In this document: piece after piece, positions 51,292 through 61,915 of the stretch
How the letters are laid out: each line of letters starts with the position of its first letter
Position numbering within the stretch: the stretch's first letter is position 1
NCBI GenBank assembly: GCA_963792585.1
Contig: CAWBWI010000006.1
Span: 608,001 to 672,000, forward strand
Reading direction: 5' to 3'
DNA length: 64,000 bases
From: Candidatus Eiseniibacteriota bacterium
Lineage (GTDB): Bacteria; Eisenbacteria; RBG-16-71-46; CAIMUX01; VGJL01
Made by a program: the position numbers and the translations under genes
Notes under the pieces: generated by a model
Database searches by the model: none
What the model saw: the letters and a program-made list of their open reading frames with translations, nothing else
What the model was told of the DNA's origin: nothing

Positions 51292-54039
51292 ATGAAACTG
51301 CTGACCTGGAGCTTCGCGATCGGGATCATTCTCGCCGGAGTCGCTCTACCGTGCCTTCCGTGCGTTGCCGTCTCAGAGTGCGTGGACTACCGCGACTACG
51401 AGTGTGCCACCCGCGTCCTGAGCCAAGCATACTGGGTCGAAACCGAGGCGGTACTCGACATTGATATCTCCGGGAACTACGCATATTTGGCAGCGGCCGA
51501 CGGGGAGTTCCTGGTTGTCGATGCAACGGACCCCGTGCATGTCCAGGTCGCGAGCCGAATCAGCACCCCGGGTTCTGCCGTTGCTCTGGCTTTGTCACAG
51601 ACCTACGCGTATGTCGCGACACTTCCGACGGGTCTGCAGGTGGTCGACATCTCCGACCCGGCCCATCCGCGAATCGTCGACAGCGTGGCTACACCCAATT
51701 CAGTCAGTGACGTGATGGTCTTCGGCTCCCACGCGTACCTGGCGGAAGAGTCCTCCGGTCTCAGGATCCTTGACCTGTCCGATCCCGCCCACCCAGTCGA
51801 GATCCCCCAAGGTATTGCGGGTCGGGTGTCTCACCTTGGACTGTCTGACGGAGTTCTCATTTTGACGAACCCGTCGTACGGACTCAGCTTCTTCGATCTC
51901 TCCACCCCGGACAGTCCGAGCCCGCTGTCGACGCTGGCTCTGCCTCACGCATCCCACGTGGCGGTTCTCGGTCTCCATGCGTTCGTGTCATGCGGGACCA
52001 CGGTCACTTCCGTCGACATCGCCGATCCCGCAAACCCCCAGGTTATCGGGAGTGTCACGGTGCCGTCCGTTGCCGGGCGCATCGTGACATTGGAACCCCA
52101 TGCGTTTGTGACCACATCGCAGACCAGCGTGCAAGTCCTGGACGTTTCGGATCCGACGGCTCTGAGAATCGAGCTCTCGTTGGGTCCATCTGAGGGAAAC
52201 AAGGCCATCGCGATTGATGGGGACCGTGTGTGTATTGGCGGCATTTTCGGCTCCTTCACGGTCATCGAGATCGCGAGCTTGGAAACGCCGGCTGTCGCGA
52301 GCGTACAGCTTCCCGAGTGGGCAAGAGTTGTCGCAACCCGTGCGAACTACGCATATGTCGGTTGCGACTTCCGAGGCATCCAGGTCGTGGACTTGACAGA
52401 TCCCCGGAATGCGCAGATCACAGATCAGTTCAGCACCGGCCCCGGCCATGTCGCGATGGCCGCATCCGGGTCTTTCATATATGACCTCAGCACGGACTTT
52501 GGTCTAACGATCCTGGATGTCGGAGATCCCGCCCACCCGGTCCAAGCGTCGGGCTGGGGTGACCTCCGGGACCTCCAGGATCTCGACGCTTCTGGGGGTT
52601 TCGCCTGCTACACGTACACCCATGGACTCGCGGCCCTGGACGTAAGCGATCCGTACCACCCCCGGGGCCTTGGAGAAGTCGAAATCTCGACGGGTGCCCG
52701 CAAGGTGGCAGTGACCGGGACGCACGCTTTCGTCACGGACGGCAGCCGTCGGATCACAACCGTGGATCTGCAGGGCCAGGCGGGTCCTGCCATCGCAGGA
52801 ACCTTCGATATTGAGGCTGGAGGCGTCACGGGGATCGCGGCCTCGGGTTCCTACCTCTACACCGTGGGCGGTCTGGATTTCTGGGCAGTCGATGTAGTGG
52901 ATCCTGCCAACCCTCTACCTATTGGGCATCTCGTCCTTCCAAGCAACGGAGGTGACCTCGTCGTTGATTCCGGTTACGCGCACATCCTTGGCGCCAAGGG
53001 TCTCTTTGTGGTCGATGTGAGGGACCCGGGGCATCCACAGCTGGCGGGGAACGTCTGCTCACCGGGATCACCTCAGAACCTCGCAGTCATGGCGACTCAT
53101 ACGGTTGTCGCCAGTCTGGACTCCGGTCTCCAGGTCCTCCACCGCCATTGTGGGAACCCTTCTGCGCCTGCTCCCTTCACCCTCACCTACCCGGCAGACC
53201 TCGAAAGCCTGACCGTACGGGATCCAACTTTGAGCTGGCGGGCCGCGCAACCGACGTTCCCAGGAGCGACCGTCGAATACGTTGTCATCTGGTCAGAGTC
53301 CCCGACCTTCACCCCCGCAGATTCCGCCTTCGCCGGGCGCGACACGACGTTCACGTTTGGGCCATCGGCCCTCGATCAGACCCGGACCTATTACTGGAAG
53401 GTCCGAGCGTCGAGTACCTCCGGGCGGAGTCGGTGGTCCGATCCAGGCGGGGGGCGCTCGTTCCACACCGGAGTCTTGACACCCGTCGTACTCGCGGCGA
53501 GCGTGCACTCGACCCAGGAGGGAATCCTCCTGACCTGGGACTTGTTGGCCGACCCGCAGATGGTCGCCGTTGCCGTCCTTCGCCGTGACCCACAACATCC
53601 GGAGTGGCTTCCGCTCTTCGTGGACCCTCCCGGCGGAGAGGCGGTGGGCCAATATCTTGATCGCAACGTCGAACCATGGGTTTCGTACGAATACCTCGTG
53701 GAGGTCCGGGACGACCTCGGCATCGTGACCCAAGTTGGTCCGATCGCCGCCCAACGCACTTCCGTGGAACTGGATCTTGCGGTATACCCATCCCCTGGTC
53801 GGGGCGCCGTGAACGTTGCCTTGAACCTGCCGTCACCGGGTGACGCTGTGCTGCGTCTGTTCGACGCGTCCGGACGCGAGGTCGCGCACAGAGATTTCCG
53901 GGGACTCCGGGCGGGCACGCACACCGTTGTTTGGACACCGGACGACGATCGCACCGATCACGTGCCATCGGGATCGTACTGGCTTTGCCTCTACACGGAG
54001 AGCGGGCGGCGGTGCGTCCCCTGGTCGCTGGTTCGGTGA
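51292..54039 (+). CDS. Secreted LVIVD-repeat protein with FN3-like and C-terminal FlgD/T9SS-CTD-like domain
   Basis: Repeated GLQVVDISDP..P units; YYWKVRA; VYPSP...LRLFDASGREV...PSGSY. Confidence 0.8.
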   Translation: MKLLTWSFAIGIILAGVALPCLPCVAVSECVDYRDYECATRVLSQAYWVETEAVLDIDISGNYAYLAAADGEFLVVDATDPVHVQVASRISTPGSAVALALSQTYAYVATLPTGLQVVDISDPAHPRIVDSVATPNSVSDVMVFGSHAYLAEESSGLRILDLSDPAHPVEIPQGIAGRVSHLGLSDGVLILTNPSYGLSFFDLSTPDSPSPLSTLALPHASHVAVLGLHAFVSCGTTVTSVDIADPANPQVIGSVTVPSVAGRIVTLEPHAFVTTSQTSVQVLDVSDPTALRIELSLGPSEGNKAIAIDGDRVCIGGIFGSFTVIEIASLETPAVASVQLPEWARVVATRANYAYVGCDFRGIQVVDLTDPRNAQITDQFSTGPGHVAMAASGSFIYDLSTDFGLTILDVGDPAHPVQASGWGDLRDLQDLDASGGFACYTYTHGLAALDVSDPYHPRGLGEVEISTGARKVAVTGTHAFVTDGSRRITTVDLQGQAGPAIAGTFDIEAGGVTGIAASGSYLYTVGGLDFWAVDVVDPANPLPIGHLVLPSNGGDLVVDSGYAHILGAKGLFVVDVRDPGHPQLAGNVCSPGSPQNLAVMATHTVVASLDSGLQVLHRHCGNPSAPAPFTLTYPADLESLTVRDPTLSWRAAQPTFPGATVEYVVIWSESPTFTPADSAFAGRDTTFTFGPSALDQTRTYYWKVRASSTSGRSRWSDPGGGRSFHTGVLTPVVLAASVHSTQEGILLTWDLLADPQMVAVAVLRRDPQHPEWLPLFVDPPGGEAVGQYLDRNVEPWVSYEYLVEVRDDLGIVTQVGPIAAQRTSVELDLAVYPSPGRGAVNVALNLPSPGDAVLRLFDASGREVAHRDFRGLRAGTHTVVWTPDDDRTDHVPSGSYWLCLYTESGRRCVPWSLVR

Positions 54040-54143
54040 CTTCGGCGAGGGCCACAGAGCCACGCTCTGGCTCGCAGCTAATGGTGACCATTAACGGTCG
54101 CAGACGCGGTACGCTCCAACTTGGCCGCGCTTAGGAGGCTCAA

Positions 54144-54530
54144 ATGAAGAGAGTCACAGGTATCGGAGGAATCTTCTTCAGCGCGAGCGACCCGGTCGCA
54201 CTGCGAGCTTGGTACAAGGAGCACCTGGGCATTGACGTCCAGGGATGGGGAGGCGCCGCGTTCGACTGGACCGACGCAGCGGGCAATCCGACAAAGGGAA
54301 CGACCGCGTGGTTGATCGGTCCCGCCGATGGTAAGCACTTCGCACCAAGCAAGTCGACCTTCATGGTCAACTATCGTGTCGAAGACTTGGCCGCTCTACT
54401 TCAGGCGCTTCGGGACGAAGGATGTAACGTCCTGGAGAAGACGGACGACTCCGAGTACGGAAAGTTCGGTTGGGTCATGGATCCGGAGGGCAACAAGGTT
54501 GAACTTTGGCAGCCACCCCCGGGGCAGTGA
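54144..54530 (+). CDS. VOC glyoxalase family protein
   Basis: MKRVTGIGGIFF...YGKFGWVMDPEGNKVELWQP. Confidence 0.9.
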   Translation: MKRVTGIGGIFFSASDPVALRAWYKEHLGIDVQGWGGAAFDWTDAAGNPTKGTTAWLIGPADGKHFAPSKSTFMVNYRVEDLAALLQALRDEGCNVLEKTDDSEYGKFGWVMDPEGNKVELWQPPPGQ

Positions 54531-54558
54531 GCTCCATGCCTGATAGCCAAATGCCGAC

Positions 54559-54627
54559 GCCTAACCGGTCGTTCGAGCCGACAGCCCCCGGCAAACCTCG
54601 GTCTGCCGCGCAACTTCACCGTTCTGC
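54559..54627 (+). repeat. Short attC
   Basis: GCCTAAC...GTTCTGC. Confidence 0.7.
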
Positions 54628-54837
54628 GGATTGCGTTACGCTCTGCCCGCTATCGGGCGCGAGGGCTCTTGCGTAGCAGGGTCCAGAAGCCCCTTGGGTC
54701 AACGATACGAATGGGTGACTTCGATGCCACGGCGAACAAGCCCGCATCGCCTGTTACCAAACCTCTCGGGCTACGTCCTCAATGGAGTTGCGCATGCCGG
54801 ATACTGTAGGACTTCCCTTCAAGTCAGCCAATTGTCC

Positions 54838-54967
54838 GCAGACCAGCCGCAGTCACCTGACACACTGGGCCGCCTCGGCCCGGCAGAGGTGCGTAGCAAG
54901 CGGGACCAACGCCTCGCGTTACCGGCGCCGCGCCGGCCCCAGCGCGCAGGTGACGCGATCGTCTGGC
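54838..54967 (+). repeat. Decayed attC type A
   Basis: CAGCCGCAGTCACCTGAC...CGCAGGTGACGCGATCGTCTGGC. Confidence 0.7.
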
Positions 54968-54978
54968 GGCGGTGAGGA

Positions 54979-55851
54979 ATGAAAGTACTCGTTACAGGTA
55001 GCCGTGGTCTTGTCGGAATGGCCGTGGTCCGCGAGCTCTCGGCGCGCGGTCACGAGGTTGCAGATTACGACCTGCAGGACGGGGCCGATATCCTCGATTC
55101 GGCCGCACTCGCTTCAGCCATGCGTGGCTGTGAAGCAGTGGTTCACTCTGCGGCGCTGCTTGGTCGAAGTGGCGAGAGGCCCGCTGATATCGCCACCGTG
55201 AACGTTGAAGGCACTCGCAAGGTCCTTGCCGCGAGCCGAACGTGTGGCGTCAGCCGCATCGTCTTCATGAGTAGCGTGGACGTCTTCGGAGTCTTCAAGG
55301 GCGAACGGGAGCCCGACTATCTGCCCCTCGATGACGCGCATCCCTGCTACGGCGCCACCCCGTACGCGATCTCCAAGCGAATTGGCGAGGAGATGTGTCG
55401 CTCTCTCTCGGATGATGGCGGACCGCTCACGGTTTCCCTGCGTCCACCCGGAGTGTGGTGCGACGACACATATCTCTGGATCCAGGCAACGCGATCCAAG
55501 CGGCCCGAGTTCGAGTGGAGCCCGTTCTGGGAGTACGGTGCTTTCATCGATGTGAGAGACCTCGCGCGTGCTTGTCTCCAGGCTCTCACATGTCAGATCG
55601 AATCATCGAGGTGTTTTGCCGTCGCTTCCTCGGACATCACGACGTCTGGTCGCACCAGCCGAGAGTGGGCTTCCTTTGTGCATCCTCGCGTCGAATGGCG
55701 AGGGGGACCCGAATACGATGCCGATCCGTATCGCAGCCTGATCCTCGCCGACGAAGCTCAAAGGGTTCTCGATTGGCGGCCCACGCATACATGGAAGTCC
55801 TTCGTGGCTGAGCATCTCTTGCGTTCTCGCGGTCGCCCAACAAGCGATTGA
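54979..55851 (+). CDS. NAD-dependent epimerase/dehydratase
   Basis: VLVTGSRGLVG; YAISK. Confidence 0.88.
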   Translation: MKVLVTGSRGLVGMAVVRELSARGHEVADYDLQDGADILDSAALASAMRGCEAVVHSAALLGRSGERPADIATVNVEGTRKVLAASRTCGVSRIVFMSSVDVFGVFKGEREPDYLPLDDAHPCYGATPYAISKRIGEEMCRSLSDDGGPLTVSLRPPGVWCDDTYLWIQATRSKRPEFEWSPFWEYGAFIDVRDLARACLQALTCQIESSRCFAVASSDITTSGRTSREWASFVHPRVEWRGGPEYDADPYRSLILADEAQRVLDWRPTHTWKSFVAEHLLRSRGRPTSD

Positions 55852-55931
55852 ACCCGACAGCCCGCGCTCTGGTGCCCAGTCAATTGCAAGCCAGAGTCGG
55901 CACGGGTCGCGGGCTAGCCGCAGCGTAAGGC
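55835..55931 (+). repeat. Degenerate heterologous attC
   Basis: GCCCAAC...GTAAGGC. Confidence 0.6.
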
Positions 55932-56057
55932 ATCGCTCGGGCCACCCGCCCGCATCTGGACGAGCAGCGTTTTCCGAGGCTGCTGACCTGGGATCACGTG
56001 GAGTGATCAGCCCCGGCCTTCAAGTCGCTCCTGTGCCTCGCCTCCGGCAAGCCCCAC

Positions 56058-56504
56058 CTAGGCCGCCCCCGTGCCGGCGTTGCGCAATCTTCGCTTCTTC
56101 GCCGTTCTGGCTAACAACGCCGATCCGACGGCTGAGATTGCGCTCAGTAGAGTCACTGAACCGATCATTACGAGGCAGAGCAACCACAGCGGGAACTTGG
56201 GACTCGGCGTCCCAACAGCAAACGGAAGCACGCCCACCAGCAGACCACTCACCGCCCCCCAGGCGCCGGACCGGAGAAGCGACCACTCATCAAATCTGCG
56301 CTGGCCATCTGCGATCCCACGCACTGCGGAGAAGACCGCGCCGCAAAGAAAGCCCGGGTACCCCCCCACAGCCACCCACATCTCATCCATGGACCCATCG
56401 GGATCCACGATCAACCCTATGAGCACACCAATCGGCGCCCATACTGCGGCCCAGGCCAGGCCCATCAAGACTGCCCCGCGGATGCGTGTCAGCCACTTCT
56501 TCAT
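56058..56504 (-). CDS. Hypothetical membrane protein
   Basis: GAGGT RBS; four TM segments. Confidence 0.65.
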   Translation of the reverse strand: MKKWLTRIRGAVLMGLAWAAVWAPIGVLIGLIVDPDGSMDEMWVAVGGYPGFLCGAVFSAVRGIADGQRRFDEWSLLRSGAWGAVSGLLVGVLPFAVGTPSPKFPLWLLCLVMIGSVTLLSAISAVGSALLARTAKKRRLRNAGTGAA

Positions 56505-56713
56505 TGCTACCTCTCTGTGCAATCGGATCTTCCACCATCACTGCTACCGGTACGCAGAACCTCCTCCACTTGCCCCCAGAACCGACTCGGCATCGAGGGC
56601 CCTCCGGCGAAGAACTGCAGCCGACGGAGAGACATCGACTCTGTAGAATAGAGCATCCTGCATCGGTGCGATGCGCAACTCCCGGGGCGTAAGGATTGAT
56701 CGGTGCGAATGAA

Positions 56714-56828
56714 GCCTAACGAGGAGTTGATGCTGACGGGACTCTATCGCGCAAGCGGCCAGCCGGCACGCTGCGCTCGCGCGCCGCATTACTATTGGTG
56801 CGCTGCGGCTTGACTCCGGCCGCTAGGC
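56714..56828 (+). repeat. Degenerate attC
   Basis: GCCTAAC...GCTAGGC. Confidence 0.45.
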
Positions 56829-57010
56829 GCGACCTGCGCGTAAGTCCAACCGATGTGCTGCCTCTTGGCCTCCACTACCGGCGGCTTGGCCCTCGCGCTC
56901 CGCGCCCGACTCGGCAGCCGAAGCTGGATGCTCGCGCGCCTGGCTCGTTCCGCAGGGGACCGGCCTTCCGGTGGTACAATGGTTGCGCCGGGTTGGAGGG
57001 GGTGCGAATC

Positions 57011-58411
57011 ATGCCGCGGATCACCGACCCCAGAGCTCCCGCAAGGACTGACGGCTTCTTCCTGTCCGTCTTGCTCCTTCTTGCCATCCCCGTGCCTTCC
57101 AGTTCGTCTGGGTATTGGACGAGCGTCCCGCTTCCGTCGCGTGTCGAGTACATCAGCGCACTCACCGCGGGCAATCAGTACCTGTTTGCCGCCATGGTGG
57201 ACAGTTCCGGCGGGAACCTCGGTCTCTTCCGGACGCCACTGCAGGACCCGGCTACGTGGCAACACCTCGGACTCGAGGGTCGGCTCATTCGGGGAATCGT
57301 ACCTTCTGGGGAGGTCGATGCTGAACTCCTGGTCGGAGCAAGTGGGGATCCTCTCGTCCAGTATTCATCCGATGGAGGCTCCCACTGGAGTTCGAGCCTT
57401 CATGGTCGCAATCTCCAGTCATTCAGCACCATGGCTTGGAACGGCAGATATCCCGGCAGGGTCTACGTCTCGGCCAAGACCGCCGGGACATATGACTCCA
57501 TCGGGGTCTTCGTGTCCTCCGACTTTGGAAGAGACTGGGAATATTGGCACCTCTGCTCCGGGTGCGTCACTACCGGTCTACTCCACATTGCGGCGCCGCA
57601 GAATGGAAGCCTCACCGCCTGGGGAACAACATACGGCGGGTACTTCACAACGGGGCTCTTCAAGACGGATGACGGCGGCGCGATCTGGGGCTACGTCGGC
57701 GATCCTGATTGGTGCTACCCCCTTGATCTCCAGGTTTCCCCTCGAGACGAACAGGAGTGTTACTCCCTCGGCACGTGTGCTGTCGTGGTCATCCAAGGCG
57801 ATCAAGTCATAGGCCAGTTCGCGCCTCCATTCGTTGCGCAGCTAGCGATTGAGGCGCCGCCCTGGCACCCAGAAACCATCTATGCTGTCGGCCGTCGCGC
57901 CGATGGTCGTGCCGGCGTCTCATTCGCAACCAGACCGTGGACCACCTGGTCCGCTCTCGACGAAGGACTGCCGACACAGACCCTTCCCGAGAACCCTGAA
58001 TCGGATTGGGACAAGTACCAGTTTGTGGCTGTCCATGGGCAGCCCACGCTCTTTCTCTCCCTTCGTGGCATGGGGCTCTGGAGGTGTGACCTATCCGACG
58101 TCGCGGCCGTCCAACTTGACCACGGTGCCTCGTTTGGTTCCGTTCGACTATCGAATCCCTGTCCGAATCCAATGCGTGGCGTGACCATCATGAGCGTTGA
58201 GACTCCGGATCCGGCCATTCCGTGGTCCATCGACGTCGTCGACATTCGCGGCAGGGTCGTACGCCATCTCGCCGCGGGACGCGGCAGCCGAATCAACGTG
58301 ACCTGGGACGCTGCGCTGGCATCCGGCCACCCCGCCCCGATGGGCGTCTATCACTTCCGGCTCACGACCACGACGGGTGAGGTCGTGAAATCAATTGTCG
58401 TCCTGCACTGA
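57011..58411 (+). CDS. Secreted BNR/beta-propeller protein with FlgD/CTD-like C-terminal domain
   Basis: SSDGGSHW, SSDFGRDW, TDDGGAIW; PNP...DIRGRVVRHL...WD...GVY. Confidence 0.75.
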   Translation: MPRITDPRAPARTDGFFLSVLLLLAIPVPSSSSGYWTSVPLPSRVEYISALTAGNQYLFAAMVDSSGGNLGLFRTPLQDPATWQHLGLEGRLIRGIVPSGEVDAELLVGASGDPLVQYSSDGGSHWSSSLHGRNLQSFSTMAWNGRYPGRVYVSAKTAGTYDSIGVFVSSDFGRDWEYWHLCSGCVTTGLLHIAAPQNGSLTAWGTTYGGYFTTGLFKTDDGGAIWGYVGDPDWCYPLDLQVSPRDEQECYSLGTCAVVVIQGDQVIGQFAPPFVAQLAIEAPPWHPETIYAVGRRADGRAGVSFATRPWTTWSALDEGLPTQTLPENPESDWDKYQFVAVHGQPTLFLSLRGMGLWRCDLSDVAAVQLDHGASFGSVRLSNPCPNPMRGVTIMSVETPDPAIPWSIDVVDIRGRVVRHLAAGRGSRINVTWDAALASGHPAPMGVYHFRLTTTTGEVVKSIVVLH

Positions 58412-58512
58412 GGACTGGGGATGCCCCGCTAACTCCCCCGCCCAGCTGGCGGGTCGCGCCGGCCTCAGTCGGTAGTTGACGCGAAAGCCAGTCCCATCGA
58501 AGGGAGGAAACG

Positions 58513-59166
58513 ATGCGACCTCTGGCAGGAATCTCTGGGTTGCTCCGAATGGTGACTGTAGCCGTCCTGATTCTCAACACGTGGCCGGCGGCCGGCGAGC
58601 CGGTGCTGATCGATTTCGAGGTCTTCGACGCCATGGACTTCTGGAGCGGTCAACCGATACCCGAGGCCGCCCGCTTGTCGGATGGAGTGGCGGCCACCCA
58701 TGGCGTTCTCTTCGTCTCGGGTGCGGAGTATGTTGCTGTGGTCGCTCTCGGAGTGGGGCATGCCACGAGCGGGACCAACGGCATCGGAGGCGCCACTCCG
58801 GACGGAATCCTGACCTACGATCGCCGCTGGCCCATCGTCTTTCGGTTTGTCGATCCCCAGAATCCCGAAGCGCTGGCGGTCACCGACTTCGTTTCCGTTC
58901 GCGGGGACATGGCGGGCACCAGCGGGCAGGAGGTTGTCATCAATGCGTACGATGTAAGCGGGGTCCTCGTTGGCTCCGACCAAGTACTCGATTTCGGTGG
59001 TCAGACCTTGACCGTGGCTGGAGTTGGAATCCACCGTGTAGAGTTTCTCGGAACGCAAGACGACTGCGGCGTCGCGCTTGACGACCTTACATTCAACCCC
59101 GTGACGCCGCTCCCTACCACGACGACATCACATACGTGGGGCAGAGTGAAGGCCATGTATCGTTAG
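58513..59166 (+). CDS. Secreted protein with TWG motif
   Basis: LIDFE...LDDLTF domain; ends TWGRVKAMYR. Confidence 0.75.
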   Translation: MRPLAGISGLLRMVTVAVLILNTWPAAGEPVLIDFEVFDAMDFWSGQPIPEAARLSDGVAATHGVLFVSGAEYVAVVALGVGHATSGTNGIGGATPDGILTYDRRWPIVFRFVDPQNPEALAVTDFVSVRGDMAGTSGQEVVINAYDVSGVLVGSDQVLDFGGQTLTVAGVGIHRVEFLGTQDDCGVALDDLTFNPVTPLPTTTTSHTWGRVKAMYR

Positions 59167-59652
59167 AGGGGCGCCATCGGGGATGAAGCGTTCGTCCGAT
59201 CGGCAACAGATCAGCCAGCGCATCTGGGCAACACCATGCTGCGGGGGCTAGTCGCCCCATTCTTCCGCCGCGCTGAACTTTCGCCGAGGGCGCGGGCGGC
59301 GGCAGTCTGTTTGTGGATCCCGGCGGCCATTCGATGCAGCAGCGTATTCGCGAGCCGTGGGATTCGGGTCACCGGCCCGGGTGCATCGCCTTCCATTCTT
59401 AACGAGGCTCGCCGACTGGCGCTTCAAGGCGGAGAGCAGGTGAACTGGGTTCACGGTGACAGGCCGCATCCGCCGACCGGGATCATCTATCGCACGTTGG
59501 TCCCTTGCGACGCCTTCGGCTCCCTCGATACCGACGAGGAGAACGAGGACGTCATACGGCAAACGGCCGAACTGATATCAGCTGACGCCCAGGTTTCGGA
59601 CGACGCGACGTCGAACTAAGTTCCCTTCGTTGGCGGCCGTCAGGGCGTTCGT

Positions 59653-59783
59653 GCCTGACAGCCGCAGTCCCCTACCGAGATGGGCCGTCACGGCCCTCGC
59701 AGAGGGCCAGAGAAGGCAGTAGAATCACTCGGGGCTGCCATGGCCGCGCCGGCCTCGCGTCGCAGGTGATGCCAACACTCCGC
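59653..59783 (+). repeat. Decayed attC type A
   Basis: GCCTGAC AGCCGC...GGGCCGTCACGGCCC...GCAGGTGATGCCAAC. Confidence 0.7.
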
Positions 59784-59813
59784 GGGTAACCGCCAGGAGG
59801 ACGAAGGTCCCAT

Positions 59814-60296
59814 ATGATTCCTCACGTGCTCTCGACGTTTTCCCTCTTCGGGCTGTCTATGCTATTCGGCGCCACCGTCTACGAGTCCGTTGTTATGGCG
59901 CCAAACTACGAGCGTGACATCCCCGCATCGATCACTCTTGCCAGGCAGTTCTTGAAGCGGACCACGCCAGCCCACTTCTTTCGACTGGTCATGCCACTAA
60001 CGCAACTCTTCCTGCTCGCCAGCGTCGTTGCGTCATGGCACGTCCCAGATGCCCGCTGGCGATTGTTGATTGCCTTCACGGATCTCGTGCTCCTGGATGT
60101 GTTCACCTTCGCTTTCCACTATCCTCGCCTAGCGATCATGTTCAAGGCTCCAATGCCGGACGACCCCACGCGCCTCGGCCGCGCGGCGAGAGAGTGGGCT
60201 GCCGGCAACGTCGGAAGAGCGGCTCTCTTGGTAGTGGCGCTGCTGTCGGCGCTTCAGGCAGTGACGATTCTGGCAATCCGGTCGGCCGCCCAGTAG
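59814..60296 (+). CDS. Membrane protein (DUF1772-like)
   Basis: Four TM segments; W...N..R near the C-terminus. Confidence 0.6.
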   Translation: MIPHVLSTFSLFGLSMLFGATVYESVVMAPNYERDIPASITLARQFLKRTTPAHFFRLVMPLTQLFLLASVVASWHVPDARWRLLIAFTDLVLLDVFTFAFHYPRLAIMFKAPMPDDPTRLGRAAREWAAGNVGRAALLVVALLSALQAVTILAIRSAAQ

Positions 60297-60410
60297 CGGG
60301 CCGAACCCAATACGCCCCATTGAGACACGACAGGCCGCGTTTCGATGGGATGGTGCGGATCGCGGTGGGCGCGACCGTTCGACATCCGAAGCACAATATG
60401 GGAGGCGACA

Positions 60411-60782
60411 ATGGAGTTGGGGGCGTTCTCCGTCAGCTTGGCCGTGAAGGATATCGAGGTGTCGAGAGCCTTCTACGAGAAGCTCGGTTTTGCTGTCTTC
60501 GCAGGCGTTCAGTCGCAGAACTGGCTGATCCTCAAGAACGGCGATCACGTCATCGGGCTGTTTCAGGGAATGTTCGAGAGGAACATCCTCACTTTCAATC
60601 CTGGCTGGGACGGCAACGCGCAGAAAGTGGACGACTTCACGGACATCCGTGAGCTGCAGCGCCGGCTCCGGGCTCAGGGTGTTGAGTTCACGCAGGAGGC
60701 GGACGAGAGCACAACGGGGCCGGCCAGCTTGATCGCCGTCGATCCCGATGGGAATCCGATCCTGCTCGATCAGCACGTGTGA
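60411..60782 (+). CDS. VOC glyoxalase family protein
   Basis: MELGAFSVSLAVKD...DPDGNPILLDQHV. Confidence 0.88.
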   Translation: MELGAFSVSLAVKDIEVSRAFYEKLGFAVFAGVQSQNWLILKNGDHVIGLFQGMFERNILTFNPGWDGNAQKVDDFTDIRELQRRLRAQGVEFTQEADESTTGPASLIAVDPDGNPILLDQHV

Positions 60783-60832
60783 GCGGAAGTTCGTGCCCGC
60801 AGTGGCGAGTGAATAGAACATGGGAGGGCCGT

Positions 60833-61426
60833 ATGCGCCAGCTTGTGATCGTCGTCTTGCTGCTTCTCTCCGCGACCGAGGCTGTGGCACAGAACCAGGA
60901 CAATCGCGAGGAGGCCCGTAGGAGGGGCTATTTCGGCGCCCCTGTCGTCAAGTGGACCATCATCAGAGATCAGGGGGCTTTGATGTTCGGAGGGCGCGGG
61001 GGCTGGAACGTCACCCCTTCCCTACTGCTCGGCGGAAGCTTGCTCGGGACGATGACCGAAATCAATGCCCGGCACGCTGCGGTGCCCGATGCGCCGGGCC
61101 CGTTGGACATCAAGTTCGAGACCTTCGGGTTCGATCTGGAGTATGCCGTCCGTCCCAAGTCGCCGACTCACCTGACGCTCGGCGCGCTCTTGGGCGGTGC
61201 CGCCGTCCACTACGTGCGAAACAAGACCCACGAGCAGCATGGCGAAACCGATTTCATGTTCCATCTGGAACCGTCGGTGGGTGTCGAGCAGAGCATCACC
61301 GATCGCCTTCACCTGAATCTTGCGGGGTCGTACCGGCTCGTCAGCGGGGTCGAGCAGCGGGGCCTGAAGGGCACCGACTGCACCGGCCCGGCCGCCGCCC
61401 TCGCCCTCAAGTTCGGCCGGTTCTGA
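60833..61426 (+). CDS. Outer-membrane beta-barrel-like protein
   Basis: Signal peptide; GYFGAP...GGRGGW; terminal KFGRF. Confidence 0.65.
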   Translation: MRQLVIVVLLLLSATEAVAQNQDNREEARRRGYFGAPVVKWTIIRDQGALMFGGRGGWNVTPSLLLGGSLLGTMTEINARHAAVPDAPGPLDIKFETFGFDLEYAVRPKSPTHLTLGALLGGAAVHYVRNKTHEQHGETDFMFHLEPSVGVEQSITDRLHLNLAGSYRLVSGVEQRGLKGTDCTGPAAALALKFGRF

Positions 61427-61639
61427 GATCGCGTCCAGGAGGACGGGGCGAGAGATCGCCAACGCGGGGCGGGCGGCACTCTGCAGATGTGGTGGTACGG
61501 CGACGCAGCCGTTCTGCGATGGCAGCCACAGGCGTGTGGATTTCAAGTCCAGGGCGGGCCCCGCGACCTGACTGCACTCGGCGAAGAGCGTCGGCATTCA
61601 GGAGCTGCGGGCCATCGCGGTCGAGAATTGAAGAGCGCA

Positions 61640-61880
61640 CATCGGGATTCAGAACCGGCGCATTCACGGCTTCAGAGGCATCCGGCTCCTTCGACGCGCA
61701 TTGGCCTCAGAGGTCGGGTTCGTGACGATCATGTGGTTTGAGACGATGGAGGCGGTCCGCGAGTTCGCCGGAGCGGATCACGAAGTCGCGGTCGTTCCCG
61801 AGAAGGCACGAGCCGCGCCGGCGAGATTCGACGAGCGGTCGCAGCACTATGACGTCCGGGCGGAGAGGAACGGGGATTGA
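61640..61880 (+). pseudogene. 5'-truncated ABM monooxygenase-family remnant
   Basis: Manual translation GFRGIRLLRR...FVTIMWFETMEAVREFAG...FDERSQHYDV; N-terminus missing. Confidence 0.55.
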
Positions 61881-61915
61881 GCGAACGCCAGGATACTACG
61901 CGGAGGGGGCCGGCA

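Noticed and set aside
54060..54140. attC after the LVIVD gene
   Set aside because: Only a weak GACCATTAAC...CTTAGGA resemblance with no convincing arms.
59236..59619. 127-aa ORF
   Set aside because: No RBS or recognisable motif; possibly a decayed cassette.
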